Below, piece by piece: positions 1 through 9,147 of a stretch of 64,000 nucleotides of DNA. A program made the position numbers and the translations under genes. The DNA lies in the IMG/VR virus record IMGVR_UViG_3300031994_000039, positions 32,001 to 96,000 of that record; one strand, written 5' to 3'. The number at the start of each line of letters is the position of its first letter. Within the stretch, counting starts at the first letter, position 1. The notes below the pieces were generated by a model that was not told the DNA's origin, ran no database searches, and saw only the letters and a program-made list of their open reading frames with translations. Source of the stretch: a virus. Taxonomy: Duplodnaviria; Caudoviricetes.

Positions 1-631
1 TTGGAGCACCGAGAACCACAAGTTCCTGCTTCTCAAGAGTAACATAAGCGTTGAGCGAATCAAATTTGAACGGAATTCCCGACTCATTACCATCCTGATG
101 ACTCTCGATTTCCGCCCAGATATCATCAGCTACATCGCTGAACTCCGGGATCTCGTCTGACGATGTAAAACTAATCATTACATCGTCAAGTCGTGTATAA
201 ATTTCCTGAGCAAGGTCTTCCTTGGTTCTGTCGCAGCAATCCGCCTGACATTCTCCCAGAGCAACAAATACGTTTCTTCTGAAAGCTGCATCGACTATGT
301 TCGACGCAAGCATTTCATATTCTTTCTCGCTGGATCTGCAAAGAATATCACTGAGCGCGATAAACTCCTGCAGACCTTCGACCGTAAGTTCGTCAGCATA
401 CCGCTTCGTAGTTTCCTTTGAGCTAAGACCCTCAAGAATATTAAAGGCATCTATCTGTTTGATACCCTTATCGACAAGATTCTGGATACCGAGATAGATG
501 CAGCGGTTCTGTTTGTTTGTAAAATGATTTGGTAGTAAATTTTCAGCCTGGTAAACCCAGTCCGGATGGTGTATCAGTGTTGCAATAACACCTGATTCAG
601 CTTCAAGACTGTTAATATCATCCGCTCTCAT
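1..631 (-). CDS. dnaB: Replicative DNA helicase, DnaB-like (5' part; runs off window start)
   Basis: Manual translation from ATG at 631: MRADDINSLEAESGVIATLIHHPD...GIPFKFDSLNAYVTLEKQELVVLGAP. DnaB N-domain followed by the start of Walker A. Confidence 0.85.
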   Translation of the reverse strand, partial: MRADDINSLEAESGVIATLIHHPDWVYQAENLLPNHFTNKQNRCIYLGIQNLVDKGIKQIDAFNILEGLSSKETTKRYADELTVEGLQEFIALSDILCRSSEKEYEMLASNIVDAAFRRNVFVALGECQADCCDRTKEDLAQEIYTRLDDVMISFTSSDEIPEFSDVADDIWAEIESHQDGNESGIPFKFDSLNAYVTLEKQELVVLGAP

Positions 632-636
632 ACTCC

Positions 637-1410
637 TCACCCCTTAATGTTATAATAACAACATTCGTCATGTACTCCGCAAAGATATCTGCACTTAAAA
701 TAATCAATTGCCGGATAAAAATCTTCTGCATCCCTGATCTTTCCGATAGTATCTATCACCCATCTTAATGCTTTATTATAAGCATCTTCGTTGAATTCCT
801 CCTGAATAAAAACTCCGTTCTTAAAACAGTTGAAACAAAGATACTTCGGAAATTTCCCGTATTCATCATAAACCGCAGCCGAATAAACATAGAGCTGCTT
901 CAACATATCATCGAGTTCCTTGTCCTTGACGAGATTATTTTTCTTACTACGAGGTTTTAGCTCTCTGGACTTATTATCCAGAACATAAATCTCCCCGTCC
1001 TTCTCGTACAGCAAATCAATAAACCCGATCATATCATACCCGCCGATATTGAACTCAACTTTCTTTTCAACTCCGAGAATTTTCCCGTCAACCGGCTCGA
1101 AGTTGTTAAAGTAATTGATTCCCTTCTCGACGTAGTTCGCTGCGATCTTATCTGATGGATACGGCTGAGCGACCGCACTGAATTCCCTAAGAAATGTTGC
1201 TGTAAGTTCGTCCCTCTGGAGTTTCCCTGTATAAAAACGTTCGAGGATAGAGTGAACTAACTTGCCATAGCTGGCATAAAATAATTCCTTATCCTCGCTC
1301 TCGTCTATATACTTGAGAAACCACTGATATCTGCAGTCGTTAAAACATGAAATCCTTGAATATGAGAATCTCATGTTATTAACTATTGCTTTATAGATTT
1401 GTTGTTCCAT
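637..1410 (-). CDS. PD-(D/E)XK exonuclease (RecB/AddB-like)
   Basis: FSYSRI...C N-terminus, GFIDLL...VLDNKS, QLYVY, C-terminal C-x3-C-x5-C; lies in a recombination operon with SSB and ERF. Confidence 0.85.
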   Translation of the reverse strand: MEQQIYKAIVNNMRFSYSRISCFNDCRYQWFLKYIDESEDKELFYASYGKLVHSILERFYTGKLQRDELTATFLREFSAVAQPYPSDKIAANYVEKGINYFNNFEPVDGKILGVEKKVEFNIGGYDMIGFIDLLYEKDGEIYVLDNKSRELKPRSKKNNLVKDKELDDMLKQLYVYSAAVYDEYGKFPKYLCFNCFKNGVFIQEEFNEDAYNKALRWVIDTIGKIRDAEDFYPAIDYFKCRYLCGVHDECCYYNIKG

Positions 1411-1526
1411 TTCTGACCCTCTCTTTCAATTGCTACTATCATTATATAAGCAACTACCTCACATATAAAATATGTGATAGCTGTTCCAGATATAACAATA
1501 GCTGCAACCAATAATCCCGTGGTCAT
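1383..1526 (-). CDS. Small membrane protein (47 aa)
   Basis: MTTGLLVAAIVISGTAITYFICEVVAYIMIVAIE...; ATG overlaps the SSB stop; one hydrophobic helix. Confidence 0.5.
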   Translation of the reverse strand: MTTGLLVAAIVISGTAITYFICEVVAYIMIVAIEREGQKWNNKSIKQ

Positions 1527-1918
1527 CAGAATGGAACAGCGCCGCCGCTGAGAATTCCTTCCGGATCATCCTGCTCTGCGGCCTTTTCAACCGCAGATTC
1601 TACTGCCGCTTCTGCTGAATTTCCTGAACCAGCCATTTCAAAGCCGAAGCAAGCATAGTTTGTATAAGTAATCTTCTTGTCCTTGTCGTACTTTGTAGTA
1701 ACGTCGATATCGCCGAGCTTAACTCTGTCCTTTGCGTTGAGGTGAGCTGCGAGTTCTGCGTTCTTTGCTCCTACGAAAGCGACAAATCCGCTGAAGTCTG
1801 TTTCCCAGTTTCCTGTCTGCTTATCCTTTCTGGATGTTGAAATTCTGACCTTAGTCATTGTCTGTGATGTTGGGTTTACTTCCCAAATTGTTGCGTAAGC
1901 ACCATTTCTGAATCCCAT
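1526..1918 (-). CDS. ssb: Single-stranded DNA-binding protein
   Basis: OB-fold-like N part (SRKDKQTGNWETDF) and acidic tail ending VPF. Confidence 0.8.
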   Translation of the reverse strand: MGFRNGAYATIWEVNPTSQTMTKVRISTSRKDKQTGNWETDFSGFVAFVGAKNAELAAHLNAKDRVKLGDIDVTTKYDKDKKITYTNYACFGFEMAGSGNSAEAAVESAVEKAAEQDDPEGILSGGAVPF

Positions 1919-1940
1919 AAATAAATCCTCCTGTTAATAA

Positions 1941-2645
1941 TTACTTAGTCTTTGCTGTATATTTTTTCTTAAGGTCTTCGAGAAGCTGAGTAGCTGTTTC
2001 GAGATCCTTAATTGCATTATAATTAGCATTCTTGACATACTTAGAAATGAACTCAATCATTTCTTCTCTCTTGTCAGCGTGCTCAGCGAGATATCCCTTA
2101 ACAAACTTGTCGATTTCTCCGATAACGCCGACAACAACTGCCTTGTTTACAGATTCCTCAGCTTCCTTCTGCTTGCTTCTGTAAGCGTCAACGTCATTAT
2201 CTGACTGAGCGATCTGGAAAAATGATGTGAGGAATGTTCTCATGTTGTAAGTCATCGCAGCTCCCATTGCCTGTGAAGGATCTGACATAGAACCTGTTGT
2301 AAACCACGGAACCTCGATAAAATCTGTAGCGTCGTCGTCATTTACCCAACGGTAAATCATTTCTGCCGAGAAAATCATTTCAGTTGTCTTGCTGTCAAAA
2401 GCCTCACCGGTCTTAGAAACCTTAGTGTTGCTAATAACATTCTGACTGATGCTTGCAGTTCCCGGAACAATACTTGGAATAAGTGAAACGCCGTACTTCT
2501 TCATTCCGGCTGTGACATTCGCAAGAATAACTGTAACATCAGCGTAGGTATAGTTATAACCCTTCTTGTTTTTCTTAACAACATCGCTGATGTCTCTGAT
2601 CTTTGCGAGCTTCTGAACGAGGTTCATTTTCTTTTCTTCTGCCAT
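1941..2645 (-). CDS. ERF-family single-strand annealing recombinase
   Basis: KGYNYTYA and DPSQAMGAAMTYNMRTFL...DVD match the ERF G-x3-T-Y-x2-R motif. Confidence 0.85.
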   Translation of the reverse strand: MAEEKKMNLVQKLAKIRDISDVVKKNKKGYNYTYADVTVILANVTAGMKKYGVSLIPSIVPGTASISQNVISNTKVSKTGEAFDSKTTEMIFSAEMIYRWVNDDDATDFIEVPWFTTGSMSDPSQAMGAAMTYNMRTFLTSFFQIAQSDNDVDAYRSKQKEAEESVNKAVVVGVIGEIDKFVKGYLAEHADKREEMIEFISKYVKNANYNAIKDLETATQLLEDLKKKYTAKTK

Positions 2646-2744
2646 AATAAATTACCTTACCTTTCTTGTTTAGGGATAAATCCCCAGTTAGTTAATATAT
2701 AAAAAGAGCCTTAATCAAAAAGACTAAGACTCTCTTTTTCTTAT

Positions 2745-3692
2745 TTAGTTGTAAAATACTTCAACCCAGCGGTCGTATTCTGCTTTATATTTTCTGGAGC
2801 GATCTATAATCTGTCTCTCCATTGTTCTGTAGGTTGTTGAATATTCTTTGCCTTCCATATCCTTTCGGGCAACATTAATAAAATCAACATCAATTCCTCT
2901 TAAACTATCCTGGTATGCACGGTAAAACAAACCAGACTCAATCACTGTTTCAATTTTTATTCTGGGAATAGATATTCCTAATCTATCCTGCATTGTCAGC
3001 CTTCGATTTATCATCGTCGATAATGTCTTTGGAGTAAGTATTCCTGTAGAACATCGTAGTAGTGTATCCTCTTGAATAAATCTTTTATCTTTCCCGTTGT
3101 AAAATGAATGCATCATAGCGAATTCCTCAAGCCCAATGCATAATTCCATTGCGTCTAATGACTGATCGTAAAGAGTATATGTATCTTCTCCTACAGTAAC
3201 CGTCTTATTTTTTAAATCAATTCCCGAAACTTTAACATTCTCAAAATCATTTCTGCTAAGCCCGGCGTAACATAGCCATAGTGCTGAGCGATATACAACA
3301 TCTACCGTTTTTGCAAGAACTGGCCTGAATAAGGCATTGAGAACCGCCTCAAGGTGCTCCGGACTCTTTACCATTCTCTCACGAATCTTAGCTGTTGGAT
3401 CACCTTTTGTTTCGAGTATATTTAAATTAACACCTTTAACCCCGGATTCAGCACGCCACTTAACATAGTTCTGTAACGCCTGAATTCTTGGTCCTTTATT
3501 TGTAGTTCCTCCACCCATGACCGACATGTCTGCAAGTATTGCTTTAATTTCCGTATCATCAAAGAAGCAAACATCCTTGTTAAGCTCTTCCTCGAAAGGT
3601 TCGGTAGTTTTGAATACGCTAGTAGCCATTTTAACGGCACTCACCTTACTCAAAGATCCCAAATATCGTTGCTTAACTTCTTCGTTATACAT
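2745..3692 (-). CDS. MrpR(YopR)-like phage repressor, degenerate tyrosine-recombinase fold
   Basis: MYNEEVKQRYL...FEEELNKDV N-terminus and LWLCYAGL integrase-like core lacking R/HxxR catalytic residues; own promoter upstream. Confidence 0.6.
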   Translation of the reverse strand: MYNEEVKQRYLGSLSKVSAVKMATSVFKTTEPFEEELNKDVCFFDDTEIKAILADMSVMGGGTTNKGPRIQALQNYVKWRAESGVKGVNLNILETKGDPTAKIRERMVKSPEHLEAVLNALFRPVLAKTVDVVYRSALWLCYAGLSRNDFENVKVSGIDLKNKTVTVGEDTYTLYDQSLDAMELCIGLEEFAMMHSFYNGKDKRFIQEDTLLRCSTGILTPKTLSTMINRRLTMQDRLGISIPRIKIETVIESGLFYRAYQDSLRGIDVDFINVARKDMEGKEYSTTYRTMERQIIDRSRKYKAEYDRWVEVFYN

Positions 3693-3745
3693 TAAAAACA
3701 CCTCATATTCACTTACTAAAACATCACGATCTGTTCTGCGTTTTT

Positions 3746-3775
3746 ATTATAACATTAAAAACATACTACTGTCAA
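3746..3775 (-). promoter_or_regulatory. Sigma-A promoter of the MrpR-like gene
   Basis: TTGACA-18 bp-TATAAT with extended TG. Confidence 0.7.
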
Positions 3776-4143
3776 CTTTCAGCCTTTGTCTGACCGGAGC
3801 AGTATAGATGTATGTCTAAGGAGTACCACTGTGACGAACCTTTAAATCCACAGATTACTGTGAACTTCCTGCTACCATCATTCGTCGTGCCGCAATCTAC
3901 TATCTTACTTATGCCTTCAAGACATAAAAAATCTACCGCATTAGTCCTAAGCGTTATGCTTCCCAATGTGGTAGAAACCATAATAGTTTTAAATTGTAAC
4001 ATAAACCGCGCGGTACTTCCCATCAGATCGGATGGCCCTCGTGACATTACCGAAATTCCTGTTATTCTTTCTTCGTTCTCTTTAATAAAAGAACCTATTC
4101 TTTCTATACCCTTTTTAACCTCCGAAGATTTAAACATTTTCAT
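3772..4143 (-). CDS. Hypothetical protein
   Basis: ORF with RBS (AAGGGGT) in operon orientation. Confidence 0.6.
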   Translation of the reverse strand: MKMFKSSEVKKGIERIGSFIKENEERITGISVMSRGPSDLMGSTARFMLQFKTIMVSTTLGSITLRTNAVDFLCLEGISKIVDCGTTNDGSRKFTVICGFKGSSQWYSLDIHLYCSGQTKAES

Positions 4144-4185
4144 CTTACCCCTTCTTATTTATTTTTTCTTACCTGTTTCAAAGGT

Positions 4186-4827
4186 TTACCTCCTGGCGAT
4201 ATACAAATACGGCCTCTTTGACGGATGCCAATAATACAAGCCTCCAATCGTTTTCATATTATCGTCCTGTACCCTAACACCGGTTATTGTCCCGTCGCGA
4301 AACTCGCCTATATCAGCATGTGCGCCGTCAATAAATCTCATTGGTTCTGAGATTCCATGATCGCGCAATTCCTTGTCAAGCCATATCATTATATCACGAT
4401 GAACTAACCACTTATTAACCTCTGCTCTATTCCAGACACCAGGACTTTTTATTCCGAATATAGCATCGTCGTGAGGTAATTTTCCCTGCTTACCGAGCTG
4501 AATCCTTTTTACCATTCCTGGATAAACTCTATTCAGGAAATTTATTATATCATCTTCACGGAAGTGGTATTCCTTGAGAACCTGACGTAGTTCATTCTGA
4601 TGTGGAATAGATTTGATAACATCTTCTACTTCGGTGTATGAAGTCTGCTTCGCTATCTCGTCTTCGTCAAACTGATCTGTTACGGTTCTCATCCATTCAG
4701 ACATACTGATCGTATCCCTGAGATATTCCTCTTGAAATTTCTTCTCTCTTGCTGCCGACACAGCATTCCGATATGAAGAAACTGCTATAATAATAATTAA
4801 TCCGATTGTGCCTATAATAAAGTTCAT
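4186..4827 (-). CDS. Membrane-anchored hypothetical protein
   Basis: N-terminal TM helix (MNFIIGTIGLIIIIAV). Confidence 0.65.
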   Translation of the reverse strand: MNFIIGTIGLIIIIAVSSYRNAVSAAREKKFQEEYLRDTISMSEWMRTVTDQFDEDEIAKQTSYTEVEDVIKSIPHQNELRQVLKEYHFREDDIINFLNRVYPGMVKRIQLGKQGKLPHDDAIFGIKSPGVWNRAEVNKWLVHRDIMIWLDKELRDHGISEPMRFIDGAHADIGEFRDGTITGVRVQDDNMKTIGGLYYWHPSKRPYLYIARR

Positions 4828-5057
4828 TAAGCTGTCGCCTCCGATATAGATTCCATCGCAGAATCAATATAGTCTATGGCATCTTCAAGGTTGCTGATTG
4901 CTTCCTCCATTTTTTCACCTCGCTCACCTTCCTGGAACTGTTCCGGAAGATTATCGAAGCTATACTGTTCGTCATCTACTACGTCCTGTAAGGACATTTT
5001 AAGTTCGTCAAGTTTTGATCTTACTGTGTCGAGTTTCTTACGTCTGCTATCATTCAT
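4827..5057 (-). CDS. Conserved phage coiled-coil protein
   Basis: MNDSRRKKL...DNLPEQFQEGERGEKMEE, a common phage small-protein pattern; GGAGG RBS. Confidence 0.7.
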   Translation of the reverse strand: MNDSRRKKLDTVRSKLDELKMSLQDVVDDEQYSFDNLPEQFQEGERGEKMEEAISNLEDAIDYIDSAMESISEATA

Positions 5058-5063
5058 GGCTAC

Positions 5064-5456
5064 TTACCTCCTACAATTAAAATGCAATTCCATGCAAATC
5101 ATATTCTTTTTCTCGCCATCATCAGATGTTATCTCGCCTGAATAGATAGAAAAACTATCGCCGCATTCAATTAAATCCAGAAGATGCCTACCTTCATCTT
5201 GCATATCAGCCACGCATATATACATGCCAAGTCTGATCGTAAAATATACGTCATCTTCAGAAGTTTCAAAACTAAACTCAAATTTTTCAACATCATAAAG
5301 TCCAGAATCCATCAAGCCTTTATTAGCCACATCAAGCATAACATTAGTGGCATTATTGACTTTCTCTGCCAGTCCCTCTGTGTCTGGAATATTATAACCA
5401 CAAGACCCCTGTTTAATATATTCATTCATTTTATCTTTAATATCCTGAAACATCAT
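5064..5456 (-). CDS. Hypothetical protein
   Basis: ORF with GGAGGT RBS. Confidence 0.6.
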   Translation of the reverse strand: MMFQDIKDKMNEYIKQGSCGYNIPDTEGLAEKVNNATNVMLDVANKGLMDSGLYDVEKFEFSFETSEDDVYFTIRLGMYICVADMQDEGRHLLDLIECGDSFSIYSGEITSDDGEKKNMICMELHFNCRR

Positions 5457-5878
5457 AATAACTTACCTCCGACCTTAATTATTACATCGAATGAAAAACT
5501 AATTTTAAGATAGCCATTGTCAGTTATTACTATCTCAAAAAACTTACACCCATCACAAACTTTTCTCAACTTTCTTACATCATCAAGATCCATTTGTAAT
5601 AAAACAACTTCAACTACAGCATCTCTACTGTCATTGATGTTAATATCAAACTTAAATTCCGTAGTACATTCTTTTATAAGAGACTTTATCTGTCCGGCTT
5701 TATCAAGAAACCATTTAAGTTTAGACGGGTCGATAGCTCTCTCTTTAGGACCATTAAGCTTTTCCATAAATTCTTTCTTTTCTTCTTCGGAAAGTGAACT
5801 ATACTGTTCGCATAAAGTTCCTAAGTAACTATCTTTATCCGGATCAAAACAACTATTATCTTTTCTATCAAATGTCAT
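5453..5878 (-). CDS. Hypothetical protein
   Basis: ORF with GGAGG RBS downstream of a promoter. Confidence 0.65.
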   Translation of the reverse strand: MTFDRKDNSCFDPDKDSYLGTLCEQYSSLSEEEKKEFMEKLNGPKERAIDPSKLKWFLDKAGQIKSLIKECTTEFKFDININDSRDAVVEVVLLQMDLDDVRKLRKVCDGCKFFEIVITDNGYLKISFSFDVIIKVGGKLL

Positions 5879-5927
5879 ATAACATCCTCCTACTTACCTA
5901 ACAAACTTAAAATATTCTTACGATTTA

Positions 5928-5957
5928 ATTATAACATATATTTAATATTTTTATCAA
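5928..5957 (-). promoter_or_regulatory. Sigma-A promoter
   Basis: TTGATA-18 bp-TATAAT with extended TG. Confidence 0.55.
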
Positions 5958-5966
5958 CCTCATCTA

Positions 5967-6128
5967 CTAGTAACCTTTACCTCCATTCAATGCTATAACC
6001 CAGATAAACCAACAAAACGCAACAAGCGCTATGAATGAAATCACCGTTTCAATTATATCGAGCAGCAAACTCTGTGGTTCATCCTTCTTATCTTCCTCAA
6101 GCAATTTCATTATCAACCATAACCTCAT
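5967..6128 (-). CDS. Small membrane protein (53 aa)
   Basis: MRLWLIMKLL...IIETVISFIALVAFCWFIWVIAL; GGAGG RBS. Confidence 0.55.
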   Translation of the reverse strand: MRLWLIMKLLEEDKKDEPQSLLLDIIETVISFIALVAFCWFIWVIALNGGKGY

Positions 6129-6131
6129 TAT

Positions 6132-6338
6132 TCATTCCTCCCGTAGAAATTCCTCGAAGTTTTGACACAAAGGATTCTTCTCGCCAACCTTACATCCACA
6201 ATCCGGACAAGCATCAGGCATTTCGATGTCTTCGAACTTACGAAATCCTCCGCCAAATACAAATATTTGTGTGCCACATTCAGAACAGATAACATACCTG
6301 TCTTTCTCTGAAGTAACACCGCCATTAATCCATTCCAT
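6132..6338 (-). CDS. Zinc-ribbon protein, last member of the paralog array
   Basis: CSECG...CPDCG; C-terminus NFEEFLREE. Confidence 0.7.
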   Translation of the reverse strand: MEWINGGVTSEKDRYVICSECGTQIFVFGGGFRKFEDIEMPDACPDCGCKVGEKNPLCQNFEEFLREE

Positions 6339-6339
6339 C

Positions 6340-6849
6340 TTACTTACCTCCTAGAAAACTTACAAATTCCTCATGAACTACTGGTGTATTTTCTGCTATA
6401 TTTTCTACCGCACATCTTACTTTCGATATACCACTAGGGCTATATAAATGTTCGCACACTGAGATCATCTCATTCCACTCTTTAATAGCAGCATCCCTGT
6501 TTGGGTTTGGAGCGCAATGCTTTGCAAATCCGCAATTTAAATTACTGCACATGAAAAAGTGTCCATGCAACTTACTCGGGTTGATTGTCGCTGTTGGTTC
6601 GGCTCCGCACACTGGACATGGTACTAATTTATTAGCTGTTTCACACATCGCATTCCATTCGGCTACCGCATCAGCCGGATCAACAGCAAAAGAATGTAAT
6701 TTAGAAGAGCATGACGGATTGCCACACATCACTAAACAACCATCTTTTGCAGGTTTCCTAAGCCAGTCCCATATAAGGTTGTCTCTCTTAGGTCTCATTA
6801 ATACTGACTCTTCTCCGCAAACCGGACATGGTTTCATTTCTTCTGCCAT
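6340..6849 (-). CDS. Tandem Lar-like (restriction alleviation) zinc-ribbon domains
   Basis: Two PCPVCG...C-x4-C...A-x-x-x-WN units; ends VHEEFVSFLGGK; start chosen at RBS GGAGGTGA. Confidence 0.7.
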   Translation of the reverse strand: MAEEMKPCPVCGEESVLMRPKRDNLIWDWLRKPAKDGCLVMCGNPSCSSKLHSFAVDPADAVAEWNAMCETANKLVPCPVCGAEPTATINPSKLHGHFFMCSNLNCGFAKHCAPNPNRDAAIKEWNEMISVCEHLYSPSGISKVRCAVENIAENTPVVHEEFVSFLGGK

Positions 6850-6850
6850 A

Positions 6851-7126
6851 TTACTCACCTCCGCCGTCATCATAATCCTCCACAAGAGCACAGTTGACTG
6901 GGATCACATCAAGGTCATCACTGATTTCCCAGAGCCCACCAGTGTCCATTCTTATAGCGTTAGCAATAACTTCTTTTCCGGTAGTGTTTCGGAGATAACA
7001 TTCCGAAATAGCCATGAAAATTATTTGCGAACCATACTTAGCCACCTTAAAAAGTTCACCGCTATAAAGGTCTGACCTTCTGCGTTTTAAAACCGTATCT
7101 TTGGTCATTACTTTTAACTTACCCAT
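6851..7126 (-). CDS. Hypothetical protein (probable paralog of 18794-19033)
   Basis: Shared pattern L..GE.FKV...N...D.G.LW......V.PV..A.VE. Confidence 0.65.
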   Translation of the reverse strand: MGKLKVMTKDTVLKRRRSDLYSGELFKVAKYGSQIIFMAISECYLRNTTGKEVIANAIRMDTGGLWEISDDLDVIPVNCALVEDYDDGGGE

Positions 7127-7127
7127 A

Positions 7128-7475
7128 TTAATTACTCCTTAAAAATTCCATGAAACTGTCGTGTAAATTTTCTTCTTGTTGATTCGCTAATTCTATTTCA
7201 GACTTAACAAACGAGTTAAAATTGATCATCGACTTATAATAGTCTTCCGCAAGATTATTCCACATCCTAATGCAATCTGAAAATTCACTAGAAAAAGGTG
7301 TTGTTAACGGAAGACAATCACCAGAATTCCCTGCGTGACAACAACCTACTGAATAAAGATCATGGCTGAGAAAATTCTCCCCGCAACTTATACCAGGACT
7401 CATACCACATATCGGACATGGTAGCAACTCATTACCGATCAATCTCTTAACTGCGTCACTCCAGCTATTATCCAT
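7128..7475 (-). CDS. Lar-like zinc-ribbon protein
   Basis: LLPCPICG...CCH...C...MWN; ends LHDSFMEFLRSN. Confidence 0.7.
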   Translation of the reverse strand: MDNSWSDAVKRLIGNELLPCPICGMSPGISCGENFLSHDLYSVGCCHAGNSGDCLPLTTPFSSEFSDCIRMWNNLAEDYYKSMINFNSFVKSEIELANQQEENLHDSFMEFLRSN

Positions 7476-7863
7476 TATTACCCTCCTCTAGGAAGTTTAA
7501 AAAATCTTTATGACTTACATCTTCAAAGGACTGAACGTCTTTATTGTGGCTAGATTTTATTTTCCCTTGCTCACTCATTACTATCTCCACTCTTCTGTTC
7601 CAGCCCAGTACAGCAGTATGGAGCCAGTCATGCGGTGCTGTACGCAATTCCGGCTTACATTTATCCTGGTGTTGGACGCATAGTAATCTAAACGCTATTT
7701 TATTCGCTTTATTTTCATAACATATTGCCAAAGGAGTTTTTTCACAAAATGGGCACGGCTTTATATTGAAGCTCATTAATTGTTGTTCGTCTAATATTTC
7801 TATATATGCATTTCCCTCTATAGGCATATCATTAAGTCCATCATATATCGAATGCCATCCCAT
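7468..7863 (-). CDS. Lar-like zinc-ribbon protein
   Basis: IKPCPFCE...C-x-x-H...AVLGWNRR; ends SHKDFLNFLEEG. Confidence 0.7.
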   Translation of the reverse strand: MGWHSIYDGLNDMPIEGNAYIEILDEQQLMSFNIKPCPFCEKTPLAICYENKANKIAFRLLCVQHQDKCKPELRTAPHDWLHTAVLGWNRRVEIVMSEQGKIKSSHNKDVQSFEDVSHKDFLNFLEEGNNG

Positions 7864-7864
7864 C

Positions 7865-8203
7865 TTACTCACCTCCTAAGAAACTTACGAAATCATCGTA
7901 CTTAACATCATCAAACTGAATAAGCCCCTTGCGTTTTGCTATACGATTTTTAACGAAATCCACTCTATTATTCCAGAAAATGATAGCACCATCTAAAGTT
8001 ATTTTGGGTGGAGTGCATAACGTGGGACTAAACCCAGATTGACATGTTGGACATTTTAATATGTAGTAGGGATCGTCACTATCGTAATATGTTCCCACCG
8101 GGAGATGATTACATCCCGGACATAGTTTCACATCCGGACATAGCTTCGCATCCAAATACTTTGTCAAATCCACAGATATCATAGCTTCAACATCCTGATC
8201 CAT
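7865..8203 (-). CDS. Lar-like zinc-ribbon protein
   Basis: LCPGCN...CPTC...AIIFWNNR; ends KYDDFVSFLGGE. Confidence 0.7.
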   Translation of the reverse strand: MDQDVEAMISVDLTKYLDAKLCPDVKLCPGCNHLPVGTYYDSDDPYYILKCPTCQSGFSPTLCTPPKITLDGAIIFWNNRVDFVKNRIAKRKGLIQFDDVKYDDFVSFLGGE

Positions 8204-8204
8204 C

Positions 8205-8513
8205 TTACTCACCACCTAGGAACTCAACAAACTTTTCATGAGAAACCATTTGCTCTGTACGAGTGGGGCGTTTTTGATTGGAGAAGATATCATACTCGCC
8301 ATCATTCCACGCCTTCTGGCATTTCCAAACCCTATCGAATGTTTTAGTTATACAAGATCGTATATTTGAGCGCGAACTGTGAGTACATACAAATCTGTAG
8401 CATGTTTTAGAATTAGGGTTAGAAAGAATCCCGGCGTTGTATGAAATTAACTTTGGTCTTCGTCCGCATACCGGACAAGGGTTTAATACAAGGTCTACCT
8501 CTGTTATCGGCAT
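8205..8513 (-). CDS. Lar-like zinc-ribbon protein
   Basis: LNPCPVCG...CTH...AWN; ends SHEKFVEFLGGE. Confidence 0.7.
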   Translation of the reverse strand: MPITEVDLVLNPCPVCGRRPKLISYNAGILSNPNSKTCYRFVCTHSSRSNIRSCITKTFDRVWKCQKAWNDGEYDIFSNQKRPTRTEQMVSHEKFVEFLGGE

Positions 8514-8515
8514 CG

Positions 8516-8845
8516 CTAACCGCCTCCCAGGAATTCTACAAACTTATCATGGTTATGAAAAGTCATTTTCATACGCATTTTTGACCTTATATATTCATCG
8601 AACGTGTCGAGTATATCATCATAATCCATACCTCTAAGCACACGTGATTTTAAATTCCACGCAAGCATCGCCTCGGTAAGATCAGTGCAAGGGTCGGTTA
8701 TTACTGTCTCATATGGTATATCTTTAAACAGGTGCGAACAATGCAATCTATATCTTTTTTCTACACCATTTTTAGTACCATATTTGTAACTGTGCCTCTT
8801 AGGTTGATCGCCACAGTATGGACAAGGTTCAAGTGTTAAATTCAT
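8516..8845 (-). CDS. Lar-like zinc-ribbon protein
   Basis: LEPCPYCG...CSH...AMLAWN; ends NHDKFVEFLGGG. Confidence 0.7.
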   Translation of the reverse strand: MNLTLEPCPYCGDQPKRHSYKYGTKNGVEKRYRLHCSHLFKDIPYETVITDPCTDLTEAMLAWNLKSRVLRGMDYDDILDTFDEYIRSKMRMKMTFHNHDKFVEFLGGG

Positions 8846-8846
8846 C

Positions 8847-9146
8847 TTACATTCCTTTCTCGAATTCCTCGATGCAGTTATTGATAAACCCTGCTAGATC
8901 CTCGGCGTCTTTTTCCGATAACCGATCAGCTATCTTGGATAACATACCGAGCATATGCCGCATCTTTCGATTACAGTCAGCTACTTCGTTTCTTAACCCC
9001 TGCCCTAGTAATTCTATATCTGAAGCCGATTCTGCTCGTAATACTGCAGCGTTAGCATTAGAACAGCTTAAGCTAGACCAATCCACACGGTGTGACACAT
9101 CAGCCCAATCCATATGAATTGCTGTTGTTTCTTCCGGGCCCATCAA
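8847..9146 (-). CDS. Hypothetical protein
   Basis: ORF with AGGAG RBS, helical; lies inside the array. Confidence 0.55.
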   Translation of the reverse strand: MMGPEETTAIHMDWADVSHRVDWSSLSCSNANAAVLRAESASDIELLGQGLRNEVADCNRKMRHMLGMLSKIADRLSEKDAEDLAGFINNCIEEFEKGM

Positions 9147-9147
9147 A

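Noticed and set aside
637-1410. Cas4 / CRISPR adaptation gene
   Set aside because: The SSB-ERF-DnaB context fits a recombination exonuclease; no array or cas1.
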